A stretch of 64,000 nucleotides of DNA. It comes from Thalia democratica (taxonomy: Eukaryota). Both the position numbers and the translations under genes were made by a program. The first letter of the stretch is position 1; each line of letters begins with the position of its first letter. The notes below the pieces were generated by a model that was given only the letters and a program-made list of their open reading frames with translations, made no database searches and was not told the DNA's origin. Shown here one piece after another: positions 13,101 through 26,340 of the stretch. The stretch is from assembly GCA_965202585.1 (NCBI GenBank), contig OZ241827.1, positions 67,518,001 to 67,582,000 of the forward strand, read 5' to 3'.

Positions 13101-15000
13101 TCTTTTTTGATTTTATATAAAATCAATGCCTAATTCATAATCTTCTGGAAAGAAGAATTCTTCAAACAAATTATTCAAAAGTTATTATTTTTCCACTAAT
13201 TTTTTGTATAAAACTATCTTTTTAATCTTACTAATTTTCCACTAAATTATTACTCAAATTAAGTTTTGAAGTCAAACACATTTGTAGCTGACTGTAGTAA
13301 AATAGCTACGTTTAAACCTTACATTTTAACTTGGGTTTGTGTAAACTCGATTGTAATAAGAAGTTATGTTTTCATTTCGTAACACCTGGTGTATAAGAAA
13401 AAAATTGTTTTTCTACTTGAATCAATCACCAGTTCTAATATGCTGAAAATATTGCCTTCTGTGTTGTTTAGATTACCGGATTTTTTTGCACATCTTTTAA
13501 ACGGAAGTTCGTGTAAGGTACTGACTGTTTTAAATACCAGCGCCGCAGAACAATTGAAGTTTGAATACGAGTTTTTATCAAATAATATCTGCTTATTTTT
13601 CAGTCATAATTTATTTTCTCAAACCCTGTACAGAGTCAAGTTTTTTTGCGTGCCACTTTCATATGGTTCATTATAAACTTGGTCAGTCTACAACTGCTAT
13701 TAGAAGTCTGTCACAATATTATTTACAGCTGCAATCACATGAGATTTTTACTAATAATTTAAAGTATTTTTACTTAGACTGGGTACTTACCAGCAATTAA
13801 CTTTTTATTCTGAATCTGTTGATAAAATAAAGAGTCGAAAATATTGTTCAGCTTGTAATCTTAAAATACTGAAAGAGTTTGTTAACAACAAATATGTTAT
13901 TTAAACTGCTAGTTAAAAAACATGTTGTCAAACAAGTTAACTTTTGCTATTTATTTGCTGAAAAACCGGTAAAGCATAATAAGCATTTACTCGATGTTTT
14001 AAACTTGGTTTCTTTAAATTTTATATGCAAAAGGATCATTACTTTAAGCTGTGGGCGGCTCCTCTTATCCAGTGCCTCACGTCTCAACTCTCTTCGTCCG
14101 GCAACAACTTTTCTTACAGTTTATTCACCGCACGGTGGCTCTCCTGCGCAACTTCGTTATTGTTTCCACTCGTACTAGGGATTTTCCCTCAGTTGTTACT
14201 ACTGGTAGTAGTTCAAAATTTAGAATCAATTTTTCTAACAAAGATTTTTTCACTTGTCAAAACTTTATTTGAGCTAACTTAGTTTTCCTTTATACGTTTG
14301 CCTAAAAGTTTCTCTACCCTACAGTTTTCTAACAAAAAAAAAACGTGATGTTCAGCTTCTGACACCTGCACAACCACGTTTTTGTTATCTTTTTTACTTG
14401 AAATAAAACGCTACCTTAAAGCCTGTATCATAAAATTACAATTCTTCATCCAAATCAATCTCAAATTGACTTATCGTCGATCACCTTTTTGACTGGATTT
14501 GCAAATTGCTTCCCAAACAAGTAACACGGACAGTAACAAACATTTTTTTTTGTTGGCCAGCTCATCAGATTTTCTAAACAAAATAATTATTTGACAAAAT
14601 AACTATCCTTTTTATAGAAGAATTTTCAAAAAGCTAACCTTTTTTAATTTCTTTGTTTAACTAATTTTTGTTTTTTTTTTCAGAAGACTCCTCTTTTTCA
14701 AAACCTTGCTAACTTTCAGCAGAATGTTTTCTTTACGAGTACTACTGAAGTTTTCAAGTTCAACTAATTTTATAGACTATAATGTTGTGTTTATACTTTA
14801 TTTTAATTAAACTTTTTACTTTGATCTGTAAAATTTCTATTGAACATAAAACTGTGTTTTTTACAAGCATAGTTTAATATTTTTTCAAAAGTTTCACTTT
14901 CATCTGTGTATTTCTAATAGGAAGCTAGATTTCTTGATTGCCTTATAAGCTGATTTTAAAGTTTATCTATTTTTAAGACTTCATTTAAGTGTTAATTGTT
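10180..15000 (-). pseudogene. Heavily decayed protein-coding remnants of unidentified origin
   Basis: Several GC-richer minus-strand stretches translate as protein-like text broken by TGA/TAA stops and frameshifts, e.g. GCRYNEDQFIQNHFNSKAIKNVLKLEQLL (~11250-11330), EEEDTFGGKQQEAITKVKSKVLKNLSVPL*HLRYSEYY (~12860-12975), NNEVAQESHRAVNKL*EKLLPDEES*DVRHWIRGAAHSL (~14045-14165). No family recognised. Confidence 0.4.
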
Positions 15001-15059
15001 TTAACATTTGTCTCTACTACTATTTTTCTGATTGTTATCTATCTTTAAGTATTTTAAAA

Positions 15060-15260
15060 TCAGATATGCAAAACATACTCCTGGCTACGCATATCATTAC
15101 AAACATATCTTGGGAAAAGAGGCGGAAGTAAGTCAGAATTGTACAACTGATCTAAACAAATATTTAACTCTTTATCAAGTGGAACGTTTGTAAACAAACT
15201 TTTAATGTCAAACGAGACCATAAAGTTTTTTAGTTGCATATAATTTAAGTTTATCAACAA
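15060..15260 (-). mobile_element. Penelope-like element reverse transcriptase fragment
   Basis: ORF 15060-15260 contains MVSFDIKSLFTNVPLDKELNICLDQLY, matching the PLE RT motif VSFDV.SLFTN(V/I)P. Confidence 0.8.
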
Positions 15261-15639
15261 AATTCAAAAAATCAGGCACTGTGTGAATCAAGAATTTATC
15301 TAAAACGGAAACTTAAAAGGTAGATAAATTTGACTGTTGTGTTGACTTAGTCATGAATAAAATGGGTCTTAGTTGAATTTATTTTTTGTATGAACTTGAG
15401 ATTCCATACAACTTATTAATTCATACACATTTGAAATTTTTTTCTTCAACATGACTTTTCAATTTTCTCTACGTTATAATACCATTTGAATTTAGATTAT
15501 TCATAATTAACTGGTCTTACTTATATCTACAATAGAATTAGAATATTTAAGCCTTGTTATAATTCATTATTATTTGATGTTATCACCAGAAAATTTTAAT
15601 AAATAATTCGCTTTTCTTATATATACTACTTATTTTTAC

Positions 15640-15915
15640 CATCTTTTTTTTTGTTTACAGCTTTTGCACCATTTTTCTACAGTCAACTACGTTCTGGTGT
15701 CATCAAGCTTTAATCTTAATTGACTGTTTATTGTCTTTGAAAATTATTTCTTTGTGAAGAACATCAATTCTTTCATTGTAACTCTAATAAACTGCTGTAA
15801 AAGTTTTCCACGATAACGTTGCAAATGTATTTTTTTTTGTTTTTGAAAATGTAGTGTTTGATCGTACGAAACCAGTTTTTAATATCAGTGTTGGTGTCTC
15901 TAGTTTTACGGAAAT
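15640..15915 (-). mobile_element. Degenerate DNA transposase fragment, possibly Mutator/NOF-like C-terminal part
   Basis: Minus strand reads HFRKTRDTNTDIKNWFRTIKHYIFK..and later..LTVEKWCK, which resembles from memory the T(N)N.VE.WF..IK motif around the catalytic Glu of MULE/NOF-type transposases (E would be mutated to K). Confidence 0.4.
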
Positions 15916-17518
15916 GAATTATTTGCTTTTCAGACCACAAAGAAAAAAGCGCTAATTATTTACTAAACAAAAACAAACGTTAAGGGATTTTAACTTTTCT
16001 ATGTTTTATCACATTTTGAATATTCAATGTTGAAGTTGCAATAGACTTACACTAATATATTTAAGTATTTTAACTTAGATTCAAGCAATTGCTGATTTGT
16101 TTTATTAGTTAATTTTATAATATATACTTGTTGTTTTTTTTTAACTTAAATTTAAGCAACTATTCATAAGTTTATTAAAAGAAGTATTTTATAAGTTTTC
16201 CTTTTAATCACGTCTTCATATAAAAATTACAACGCAATAGTCAATATTATTGAAATGTGAGTTTTTTATTTAAAGCAACTTATTTTAAAAACTTTTCTGT
16301 ACTATGTAAAAGGTGTTAGGTCGTTCTAAAACAGTGGTTCCCTACCTTTTTGATGCCCCGCACCCCTAAAGTCTGTTAATTTGATCTCGCACCCCTAACA
16401 CTATATGCTATAATTATTTATCAATTAACTATCATTCCACTTCTTATCTTTGACATGATTGAGTACTAATTAAATAATCTGTATTCTAAGAAAAAAAAAA
16501 GTTAATTACTAAGAATTTTTTTTCATAAAGTTTATACAAAAACAACGCTTCAGACTATGACTTCGTCATTTAGTTTTTTAAGATTTGAAAAAGTATTAGA
16601 ATTGAGGAAAAAGCACTAGAAAAGTAATAAATATTAGGCTTAAAACTAAACTTTTTACACATTTTGTTATGAATATATGTACTTTAAAAATAAAAATCAG
16701 CTGTTCTAAGTTAAGCTTATGTAATCTTTTTTTTTTCAAAACTATAAGCAGCTAGGAGGTTTCAAAATGATAAAGGTTTGAGTTAAGATTTTAAAAAATT
16801 AAAAGATGTTTAGTCTTAAGTTGTCAAAAGATATGTATAAAAGCAAATACAAAAAAAGTTTGTATGCTTAGAACATAAATAGAAAAAAGTAGATTGAAAA
16901 AGGTAAATGGTTTAAGTTCAAAAAAGGAATGATTAGAAATAAAGTTGATGTATTGAAAACTTTTGCTGATTTATAAAAATTGGTTTCACTAAAGCTAAAA
17001 ACAAGTTTTATTAAATGGTATAACACACAGTAATTGCTGAGAATTTTACAATTTAGTGATAAAAATCTTTAAGCACCACTTTCTGCACAACTAAGCTTAA
17101 AAAAAGATTACATTATAAATGTAATAGACTTAACAGGTAATAAAAAACCTGCTGAAGATACTAATTTTTATCTAAATATTTCAATTAAAATAGATGCTAG
17201 CTCATAAACTGTTTTAAACAATTAATGGCCAGTTAAGAAAATAAAATATTTAAAGAATAAATGATTAAAATTAAAGGTGTAAAACTCTAAGAAAGCTTTA
17301 CTGAAATTTTAATTATAAACTAACAGCTATTAATAAAAATAGTAAAATGAATTTACTTCTAAAAAAGCGCTCTTGCTCTATTACGTGTTAATAAAATTTA
17401 TTTATTTAGAAAATTAGCGCCAACTTCTTTTTATAACAAAATGTACTTTTAACTTTACTAGTAAATTTGACTATTACTATTTAAGAGTGCTCGATTTACA
17501 AGTGTAAAGAGCTAATAA

Positions 17519-17691
17519 TACAAATAGAGTGCTATAGTTTATTTTGTTTAACAACAGCTGTTTCGAAAGACAGATAGTCAATCTCTTCAGGCTTCAACAA
17601 AATAATATTTTGTTGAAGCCTGAAGAGATTGACTATCTGTCTTTCGAAACAGCTGTTGTTAAACAAAATAAACTATAGCACTCTATTTGTA
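17519..17691. repeat. Perfect 173-bp palindrome (two 86-bp arms, 1-nt spacer), Penelope-derived
   Basis: 17519-17604 is the exact reverse complement of 17606-17691; centre at 17605. Confidence 0.95.
17606..17670 (+). ncRNA. Type I hammerhead ribozyme motif (mirror copy on - strand at 17540-17604)
   Basis: Core CTGAAGA 17620-17626; stem II GATTGAC-TATCT-GTCTTTC with G10.1-C11.1; GAAA 17646-17649; palindromic stem III ACAGCTGT; N17=T; stem I proximal AGC/GTT plus distal 9-bp TATTTTGTT/AACAAAATA. Confidence 0.72.
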
Positions 17692-18764
17692 CTTTTAACT
17701 TTATAAACTTTATCAGAGAGTGAAAATCTCCTTATTTATCATACAAAAATGAAAAGCCATCTCGCACCCCCAAGGGGTGCGAGCACCCCTGGTTGGGAAC
17801 CCGTGTTCTAAAACATTTTGCTAACGCTCCAAAACTTCCTATTTTATGTATATTGTCTTTATTTTGACATTTTTATATACCGTTGTTCCACAAGCTATTT
17901 GTTGTACATCTTCTGAAGAGTTTAGATAAAGTAGAAAACTTGTCCTTGTTAGGGACAAGTTTTAACAAAGTTATTGATAAAAGAAGAACGATGAAAATGT
18001 TCTGTTTTAAGGAATCAACCATTAAACTTGAAACACATTTATGATTGTCTCTTGATAATTTGTGTTTATTTAGAAGACTCTTCATAAAGTTGATAACAGC
18101 TTGCTCCCAAAAATTGCATTTTAACATTTTGTTTCTTAATTTTTACTTTTAAAAAAAGTTAATAATCGCAATATAGTTTACTTATCATTAATACTTTTGA
18201 TATCGTTTACAAGGGTTAAATGAAAAATGGAGTCTGTTCAAATTGTGTAAAAGAGTGGTGTTGATGTATGAAACCGGCCACCTTGTGTAGAATGTTTATT
18301 ATTTGACGATCCGCTCTGTTATAATATGCTTTGTTGGGATTGCAAATTGATATTTTTACTTTCAAAGCACAATGCATATTAACTATAAAACAAGCTTATA
18401 ACTAGTTTTAAACCTAACTCTATTTAAAAACTTGAAACAAATAACCATAACGTAATTTCTTTATCTTGTTAGTTTATTTTTAAAAAAATATAATTGATTG
18501 AAAAGTTTGATACAACTTAAGTTCTGCTGATAAAAAAAGAATTAGTTGTAAAAACTTTAGTAGTACATTAACATTGGCATATACTATATCTTAGTATAAA
18601 ATCCTTTTTAAAAGTAGCACTAATAGGAGAGAAAATAAAAGTGTTTTTCTAAGAATATCAAGCTAAAATATTATCAATCTGAGATAAAAAATTTTATAGT
18701 ATATATATAATCAATAGGCTGTTTTATTTTTGTAAAGTTAAAATATTTAGTTAAATAACAACGA

Positions 18765-19220
18765 AAATTAGAGTTTATTTAAGAGTAAATATTCAATATA
18801 CTTTTAATCAAAAACTTATACTAAAACATTTGACCATTATTATTACTTCAGAATCAAATAATGATAAAAAAATAAAAAGCTATAGAGAACGTCTTTTTAG
18901 ATAAGAAAGTTTTTTATTATTTCAAATGGCTTCAATATAAAGTATAAAAAAGAAAATTATTATGACCGATCTGTAAAACATTTCTTAGAATAAAAAATAA
19001 ATATAATAAAGTGTAGTTAGAAAAATTTATTAATTAAATTAGTCACAAAAAACACTTTATAAAAGATATTAGTTGGAAATTAGAGTTTATTTTAAGAGTA
19101 AATATTCAATATACTTTTAATCAAAACTTATACTAAAACATTTGACCATTATTATTACTTCAGAATCAAATAATGATAAAAAAATAAAAAGCTATAGAGA
19201 ACGTCTTTTTAGATAAGAAA
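18765..19220. repeat. ~143-bp direct duplication
   Basis: ~18765-18908 is repeated at ~19077-19220 (offset 312), nearly identical. Confidence 0.9.
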
Positions 19221-22200
19221 ATGTTTTTTTATTTCTAAAAATTTTAGACATCTTTGCCTCTACAATTATCAATTACAACGTTTTTTTAGCTTCAAAAGCT
19301 CTAAAATCTAAATTTAAGTTTTTTTTACCAAAAAAGCAACGCTCGATTAGCATAATTGCCACAAAAACGATTTTGTGGCTACTATGCTATATAGATTTTA
19401 AACTTGCATATTTTTATTAAAGTTACTATTATTAAACTATGGTATGACTGCTATTTCTTAATATAAGATATACGAGTATATGACAAATATAATGTCAAAA
19501 TTATCAATAACATTTAAAACTTTTTGATGTATCAAAAAAGTATGCAAATTTTAAAAACATTGTTATATTACTATCATTCCTTAAAATTATTAAAAACGTA
19601 AGCATACGTACTAAAAAACAGTTATCCAGTAAGAAATTTAAATTTAAAAGTAATTTTAACTTTTTATTTTTTAATTATCAATTTTTTTAGCTGTACATAA
19701 CTTTGTTACAAAAATTAAAGAGTTGTTTTTTTTTTCAGCATTAATAATTAAATATTTTTTGATAAACTAACCAAATAGTAATTTTAGATATTTTAAACTT
19801 CAAGTGTTGTTAAAAACTCTAAAAGAAAAAAGCTATTTTGGTTCTTTTTAAGAGCAATTTTAATTGTGTTGTTGTGTAAGGTAAAACAAAATACCTTCAT
19901 TTCATTAAACATTGTTTTGGCGTTGAGTTTAAACTTAAGCTTTAAAACCTAGGGAAGTATGAAAAACTTTATATTGAAATATATTTTTAGGCTCAGTTTT
20001 ATACCCTGACTATGATGTTTACTTAGAAACTATAAAAGAGTTAATTAGGTATAAATTTTTTAAACTAGTAATTTTGAAGTATAATCTAATTAAATGTATT
20101 TACTTAACTTAATATATGTTTTACTTATACTTTACTTATTATAAGTTACTTTACTTATAATTGAAACCAATAAATAGTTAGAAAACTGAGCAGCTTAATT
20201 TTAGATTATTAGCACAATGAGTATTACAATGTATTGTTAGTTTAAATAATTTTCATGAAAGATTAACGTAGAATATAAAATATGATTACAAAACGATTAT
20301 ATTTTGTAATTTCTGTTTATAATTTTTTTAATATTTAATATCATAATACCTTTTTATTAATAGTTTTACTATAAAATTATTTTTGCATACCAGCACTTTA
20401 AAGTACTTTGAAAATTAATAGAATCAATAGTCACTAATTTTTAAAATGTTTATTTTGTAATTTATATGATAATAATACAATTCCTATTAGTCATTAAAGT
20501 TATAGCTGTATTAAGTTTTTATTTTTTCTTTATAAAGTGTATAATTTAATTTATACTCCTTGATTTGTAAACATTTTACCATACTATAATTCTCTAAAAT
20601 TTTAAGTAACTTAAAATAAAACTATAAAAAAAATTCCTAAATTAATCAATTAAGCTATATAATAAATACAACAATCATTGTATAAACATTTTTTAAAAAT
20701 ATTCAAAAGTTAATAATACTTCAGAAAATCCTCTAAATTAAGTTCTTTCTTTAAACCTTTTTAAAAGTGATTTTAGTGAAAAATAGATTAATGTCTAATT
20801 TATATGATAAGTAAAACATCAAAACTGTTTCTTAAACTGAAAAAAAAAGTAAAGAAATAAAACTAGAAATTACAAAAAAAACATATTTTATGTAGTTCCA
20901 TTATCTTCAAATGTATATAGAAAGTTTTAGATGAAATTTTAACAAAGTTTATAACTTCATTCAACTGTTTTTTTTTCTAAAGCTCTATTTAGTTTTAGTT
21001 TTGTTTTAGTAACGTTAAAGATGATTTTCTATGACTAAATTATTGAGACTTACCATTTAAACTGCTATCATAACATGTAAAACAATGTAGAAAACTGATT
21101 ATAAACATTTGTTAACTTAAAACGATGCAATGTTTACATTCAAAGACAAAAACTGCATAATATTTAGAGTATTGTAGAAAATTTATAGCCAAAAGTTTAT
21201 ACTTAAAAGAATTTTCATTCTATAACTTTAATCAGTTTAATAGGTTTGTAAAAATATTGCAATTTTAAATCGAAAACTCTGTAGCAGTAAATAAGTCAAC
21301 AAATAAAAATCTGCCTGTTTTGTACCACAATAGGTTTTACAACCAAGAAGATTTGTACACTTTTGTTTGTCCGGTGGTTACAGACGAATTTTCAATCGTT
21401 AAAAATCTGTTCCTCGTTAAATTTTTTGGCTGTAACTACTCGTATGATAGAAAAATGTCAACTACAATTGGCTCAGATGCAATGATGGTAAAATTTTTAC
21501 AGACTTTTTTTTGTTGAAATGGGATCTTTTGGCCTAGATGAAAAAAATGTAAAGACTTTTTAAAGTCTTTTGTGCAGTAGATGTTTGTTCTTGGCAACTG
21601 TTTGAATAGTAGTAAATTACAAAAAAAAAAAAGAACAATTTTGATGTAAAGTTAAAGAGTTGGAGCGACATGTCATTTTTGATTGATAAAAAGAAGTTTG
21701 CAGCTTTTATAAGTTTAAAAGTAAAGCTGTTTTGTATTGAAAACAGTTTGGGTCTGGGGAGATTGCCCTGAAACCCAATAGTTTATGAATAACTATTAAT
21801 TTTTATCTTAAATAAAACAAATCAGTATAAAACAAATTAAATAATCTAAAAAAAACATTATTGCTTTTTTGTATAAATTAAACTGTATTCTAAATAATTA
21901 AAGTTTTTTAAGAGAACTATATGTATACTTAAACTGAAATTTAATTTTCTTCAAAAATGTTTGTAAATTTACAATATAAGATTTAACAAATGGTGTTACG
22001 AAACTAACAAAGAGTCAAAAGATGTATAGAAGTTTTTAAATATTTTTTAAGTAACGTTTTTTATCATTATTGAATATAACATTTACTAGTAAAATCCTAA
22101 ACTTGTAATTAAAACAAACAAACTTATTTGCTTGGTATGGTTACAACTAAAGGTTCATAATCATAACTTAGTTTGTGTGTAATATAATTTTAAACACATG

Positions 22201-23112
22201 ACTAAAATACTTTTTAAAGTTCCTTTGGAGCGTCTTGTATTTTATAGGCACATATATATTTTATCATTTGTTTTTTTGTCAGTAAAAAACTCTTTGGTTT
22301 AAAAAAAAAGACCAAAAAAAACATGTTTTTGTGTATAATTATAAAAATTATAATTTTAGCACGAAGCGTTATAAATACCCTGCTAAAATTAACAAATTTT
22401 CGTATCAAACAATTTTTTTTACTTTCAGTTAAGTTTAAAAGTGAATTTTGATATTGTTAAAATTACTTCTAATATTAAATTTTGAAACATAGTTTGAGCT
22501 TTTTAACAGTTTTAAAGTTGTGAAAAGAACAAAAGTAGAAGCTAATGAGTCGTAACTAAGTAAATTATTAAATTTTTAAAGGTCAGTTGTAATAACAAAA
22601 GTCGTTCATATTTGCTGAGTCAGCAAAAAGTAAAACTTTTTGTTCTTATTTTAAATTTGAAAAATTAAAACCTTATCTTTTTGTTTTATTTTTATTATGT
22701 TTGAGCAAGGTGGATCAGGAAAAAGAGCACAAATAAAAATAAATAGCAAAAGCTTTAGAAATATTTACTGATTCAGCAAATATGCAAATCATTCTAAACT
22801 TTAGGTTGACCTTTCAGGATAAAGTTTACTTGTAAAACATTTGAAATAAGTTTTTAGTAAAAAGTGCGTACTTATAGGAAAATAAAAAATCAAGCTGTTC
22901 AAGATAAAAATCATTGTAATTTATTCAACTATCAGTAAACTATTTGGATTGCAAGAATGCAAGATGCAAGGTTTTACGTACATCTACAATTTACATTCTA
23001 CAAATACAATTTTCTTCTGTTTGTTATAGTTACTAAACGTTTTAAGCCATTTTAGTCAGTCAAACAAATCTTACCATCAAGTTAAAAATTTCAAAACTAC
23101 CATGAAGCTAAA

Positions 23113-24067
23113 ACGAGCATAAAGTTAATTTTATAGACAAATTTATAATTTTTTCAAAAAACATAAAACTTTAATGTCAATTATTTTCCTTATCTTAAAA
23201 GCTATCTAAAAATTTTTTTCTTTATCTTAGAGAACGCACCTTTGTCTTTAATTTAAGAAAAAAAAAATTTGGTTTGGGGTTTGAATTATTTCATGGGGTC
23301 CCTCCAAAAATAAAGGTTTTTTTTTTGTTTTTTCTATTAAAATTGCTTTATAACCAAAATTTTTTTTTTTTTTGAATTATTTTTTTTTTATTTCCCTTAG
23401 TTTGCATGTTATTTAAACTCTTAAATAGTTGTTTTATAAATAATGTTAATATTTTTTACGATTTGGCCCCAAAACAAAATGATGTATATTACACTATCAT
23501 TTGCCTTGGCCATTTCTTAGATAAAAAATTGATAAAAGGATAAAAACAATTAATAAGAATGTGAATTACAACAAATGAAATTAAATTATTATAGTTTAAT
23601 TAAATTTGTTGTAATTTACATTCTTATTAATTGTTTTTTTCCTTTTATCAATTTTTTGCCTAGGAAATGGCCAAGGCAAATGATAGTGTAATATACATCA
23701 TTTTGTTTTGGGGCCAAATCGTAAAAGATATTAATATTATTTATAAAATAACTATTTAAGAGTTTAAATAACATGCAAACTAAGGGAAAAAAAAAAAAAA
23801 ATAATTCAAAAAAAAAAAAAATTTTGGTTATAAAGCAATTTTAATAGAAAAAACAAAAAAAAACCCTTTATTTTTGGAGAGACCCCATGAAATAATTCAA
23901 ACCCCAAACCAAATTTTTTTTTCTTAAATTAAAGACAAAGGTGCGTTCTCTAAGATAAAGAAAAAAAATTTTAGATAGCTTTTAAGATAAGGAAAATAAT
24001 TGACATTAAAGTTTTATGTTTTTTGAAAAATTTATAAATTTGCCTATAAAATTAACTTTATGCTCGT
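23113..24067. mobile_element. Foldback/Mutator-type palindromic element, 955 bp
   Basis: TIR start ACGAGCATAAAGTTAATTTTATAG at both ends; 9-bp TSD GAAGCTAAA (23104-23112, 24068-24076); arms are inverted over almost the whole length, centre ~23590. Confidence 0.9.
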
Positions 24068-25361
24068 GAAGCTAAATTGTCTTGATTAACTTAAAAGCCT
24101 AAATTACCAACCAATGAGTCATTTAAAGTTTCTGAATTTAAACAAGTTACTCACATTTTACTTATTTTATCAAAACTTAAGTAAAAAAATACACTATGTT
24201 AGTGTATGCAGGGTTGCCACTTTACCTGGAAAAACCTTAAATTGCCAATCATTGAGTCATTTCAATTTTTTGAAGTTAATTACTCACTGCTTACTTTATT
24301 TTGTCAAAAATTGAATAAAAAACTACATTAGATTAGTCTATGCAGGGTGGCCACAAAACTTGGAATTTGACAACTTAGGTTATAAAACTAGTGAATTAGA
24401 GAAATTAGAAAAAAGGAAAAGTCTGGAATTCTGAACAAAAATCACTATAAAACCTAAAAATTTATACAATTTTACATGTTATATAGTAAAATTTCTACCA
24501 TAAAGATAAAGGTTTTTCACTATAATTATTAAAAATAAACACACATTAAAAGTAGCTTTGCAGTGTTTTAAAATGTTATTGTACTATTTAACACACTAAA
24601 CTCAATTATATAATGTTTTTTTGCTTTAAACTCAATTTTTAACTAACAATAGATAGTCGTCTTTTTTGACGAACTTTTTCGACGAACTTTTGCTAATTTG
24701 CATATATCAAGCCAAACTACCGACGAACTTTTTAAAACTTGTCAATCTTTACGAAAGAACTTTTTAAATTTTAGAAGTATGTTTTTTTAATCAAGGTTGA
24801 CAAGTCTGGACCGGAATCACAAAACCAAACACGAAACGAGCCACCTAGCGGTTATTTTTTTATTGATGAAATAAAATGTAAAAAAAATATAATTAATATA
24901 AATTTAAAAAAAGATGAACATCAATAAAAATAATAATAGAATAAATATATATAATCGATCTATATCATAAAAATTAATAATATAGATAGATAAAGGAAAT
25001 AATAATATAACTATGAAAATATTAAATTAAGAAATATTTAACTGTAATAAAATAATAATATCAATAATGATTGATATAAAAATTTATTAATAATCGGTAA
25101 AAATTAATGCAATTATATAAACTTATAAATAAAAATAAATAAATAAATAAACATATGTAGAAAAAAAAACCCTAAAAATAAGAAAATTTAATCGATAATG
25201 ATATGAAAGTTTATTACCATTCACTTTTGAGTTTAGGTTATAAACCTCTTTTTATCAAACTCCCATTTTTTACCCCTTTCTTATACTCTTAAACTATTGT
25301 AATAAGTACAACTTTTTAATCTATAATATTTTTTTATATAGTTTTTTTAAATTTAGTGTAT

Positions 25362-26337
25362 TGAAAATTTTACGGTCTTCAAAAATTTTATATTTAAAAA
25401 AGCCTATGCTTACTTTTGTTAAAGTAAAAGCCATACTTTTAAGCACTCTCACACAAACAATTCTTAAAAGAAACAGTTAGAACTTTGCAAATATGTTGTT
25501 TAATGCATTAGCTAGGTTACGCTTTTTTTATTTTTGCTTTAAATAAACTAGAGAAATTTTTACGGTCTTCTAAAAATTTTACTTTAAAAAAGCCTATGCT
25601 TGCTTTTGTTAAAGGAAAAGCCTATGCTTACTTTTGTTAAAGTAAAAGCCATAATTTTAAGCACTCTCACACAAACAATTCTTAAAAGAAACAGTTAGAA
25701 CTTTGCAAATATGTTGTTTAATGAATTGGCTACGTTAAGCTTTTTTTATTTTTGCTTTAAATAAACTAGAAAAATTTTTACGGTCTTCTAAAAATTTTAC
25801 TTTAAAAAAGCCTATGCTTGCTTTTGTTAAAGGAAAAGCCTATGCTTACTTTTGTTAAAGTAAAAGCCATAATTTTAAGCACTCTCAAACAAACAATTCT
25901 TAAAAGAAACAGTTAGAACTTTGCAAATATGTTGTTTAATGAATTGGCTACGTTAAGCTTTTTTTATTTTTGCTTTAAATAAACTAGAAAAATTTTTACG
26001 GTCTTCTAAACATTTTACTTTTGAAAAGCCTATGCTTACTTTTGTAAAAGTATTAGCCATACTTTTAAGCACTCTCACACAAACAATTCTTAACAGAAAC
26101 AGTTAGAACTTTGCAAATATGTTGTTTAATGCATTAGCTAGGTTACGCTTTTTTTATTTTTGCTTTAAATAAACTAGACAAATTTTTACGGTCTTCTAAA
26201 CATTTTACTTTAAAAAAGCCTATGCTTGCTTTTGTTAAAGGAAAAGCCTATGCTTACTTTTGTTAAAGTAAAAGCCATACTTTTAAGCACTCTCACACAA
26301 ACAATTCTTAACAGAAACAGTTAGAACTTTGCAAATA
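25362..26337 (+). repeat. Tandem array of ~190/216-bp units, left arm of Foldback element
   Basis: Five units (last one partial), each starting AAATTTTTACGGTCTTC; long units carry an internal ~26-bp duplication CCTATGCTT(G/A)CTTTTGTTAAAG(G/T)AAAAG. Confidence 0.9.
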
Positions 26338-26340
26338 ATA

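Larger units (their letters stand above)
16332..17805. mobile_element. Non-autonomous hAT element
   Basis: 8-bp TSD TTCTAAAA (16324-16331, 17806-17813); TIRs CAGTGGTTCCCTACC / revcomp CACGGGTTCCCAACC; subterminal CGCACCC motifs at both ends. Confidence 0.8.
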
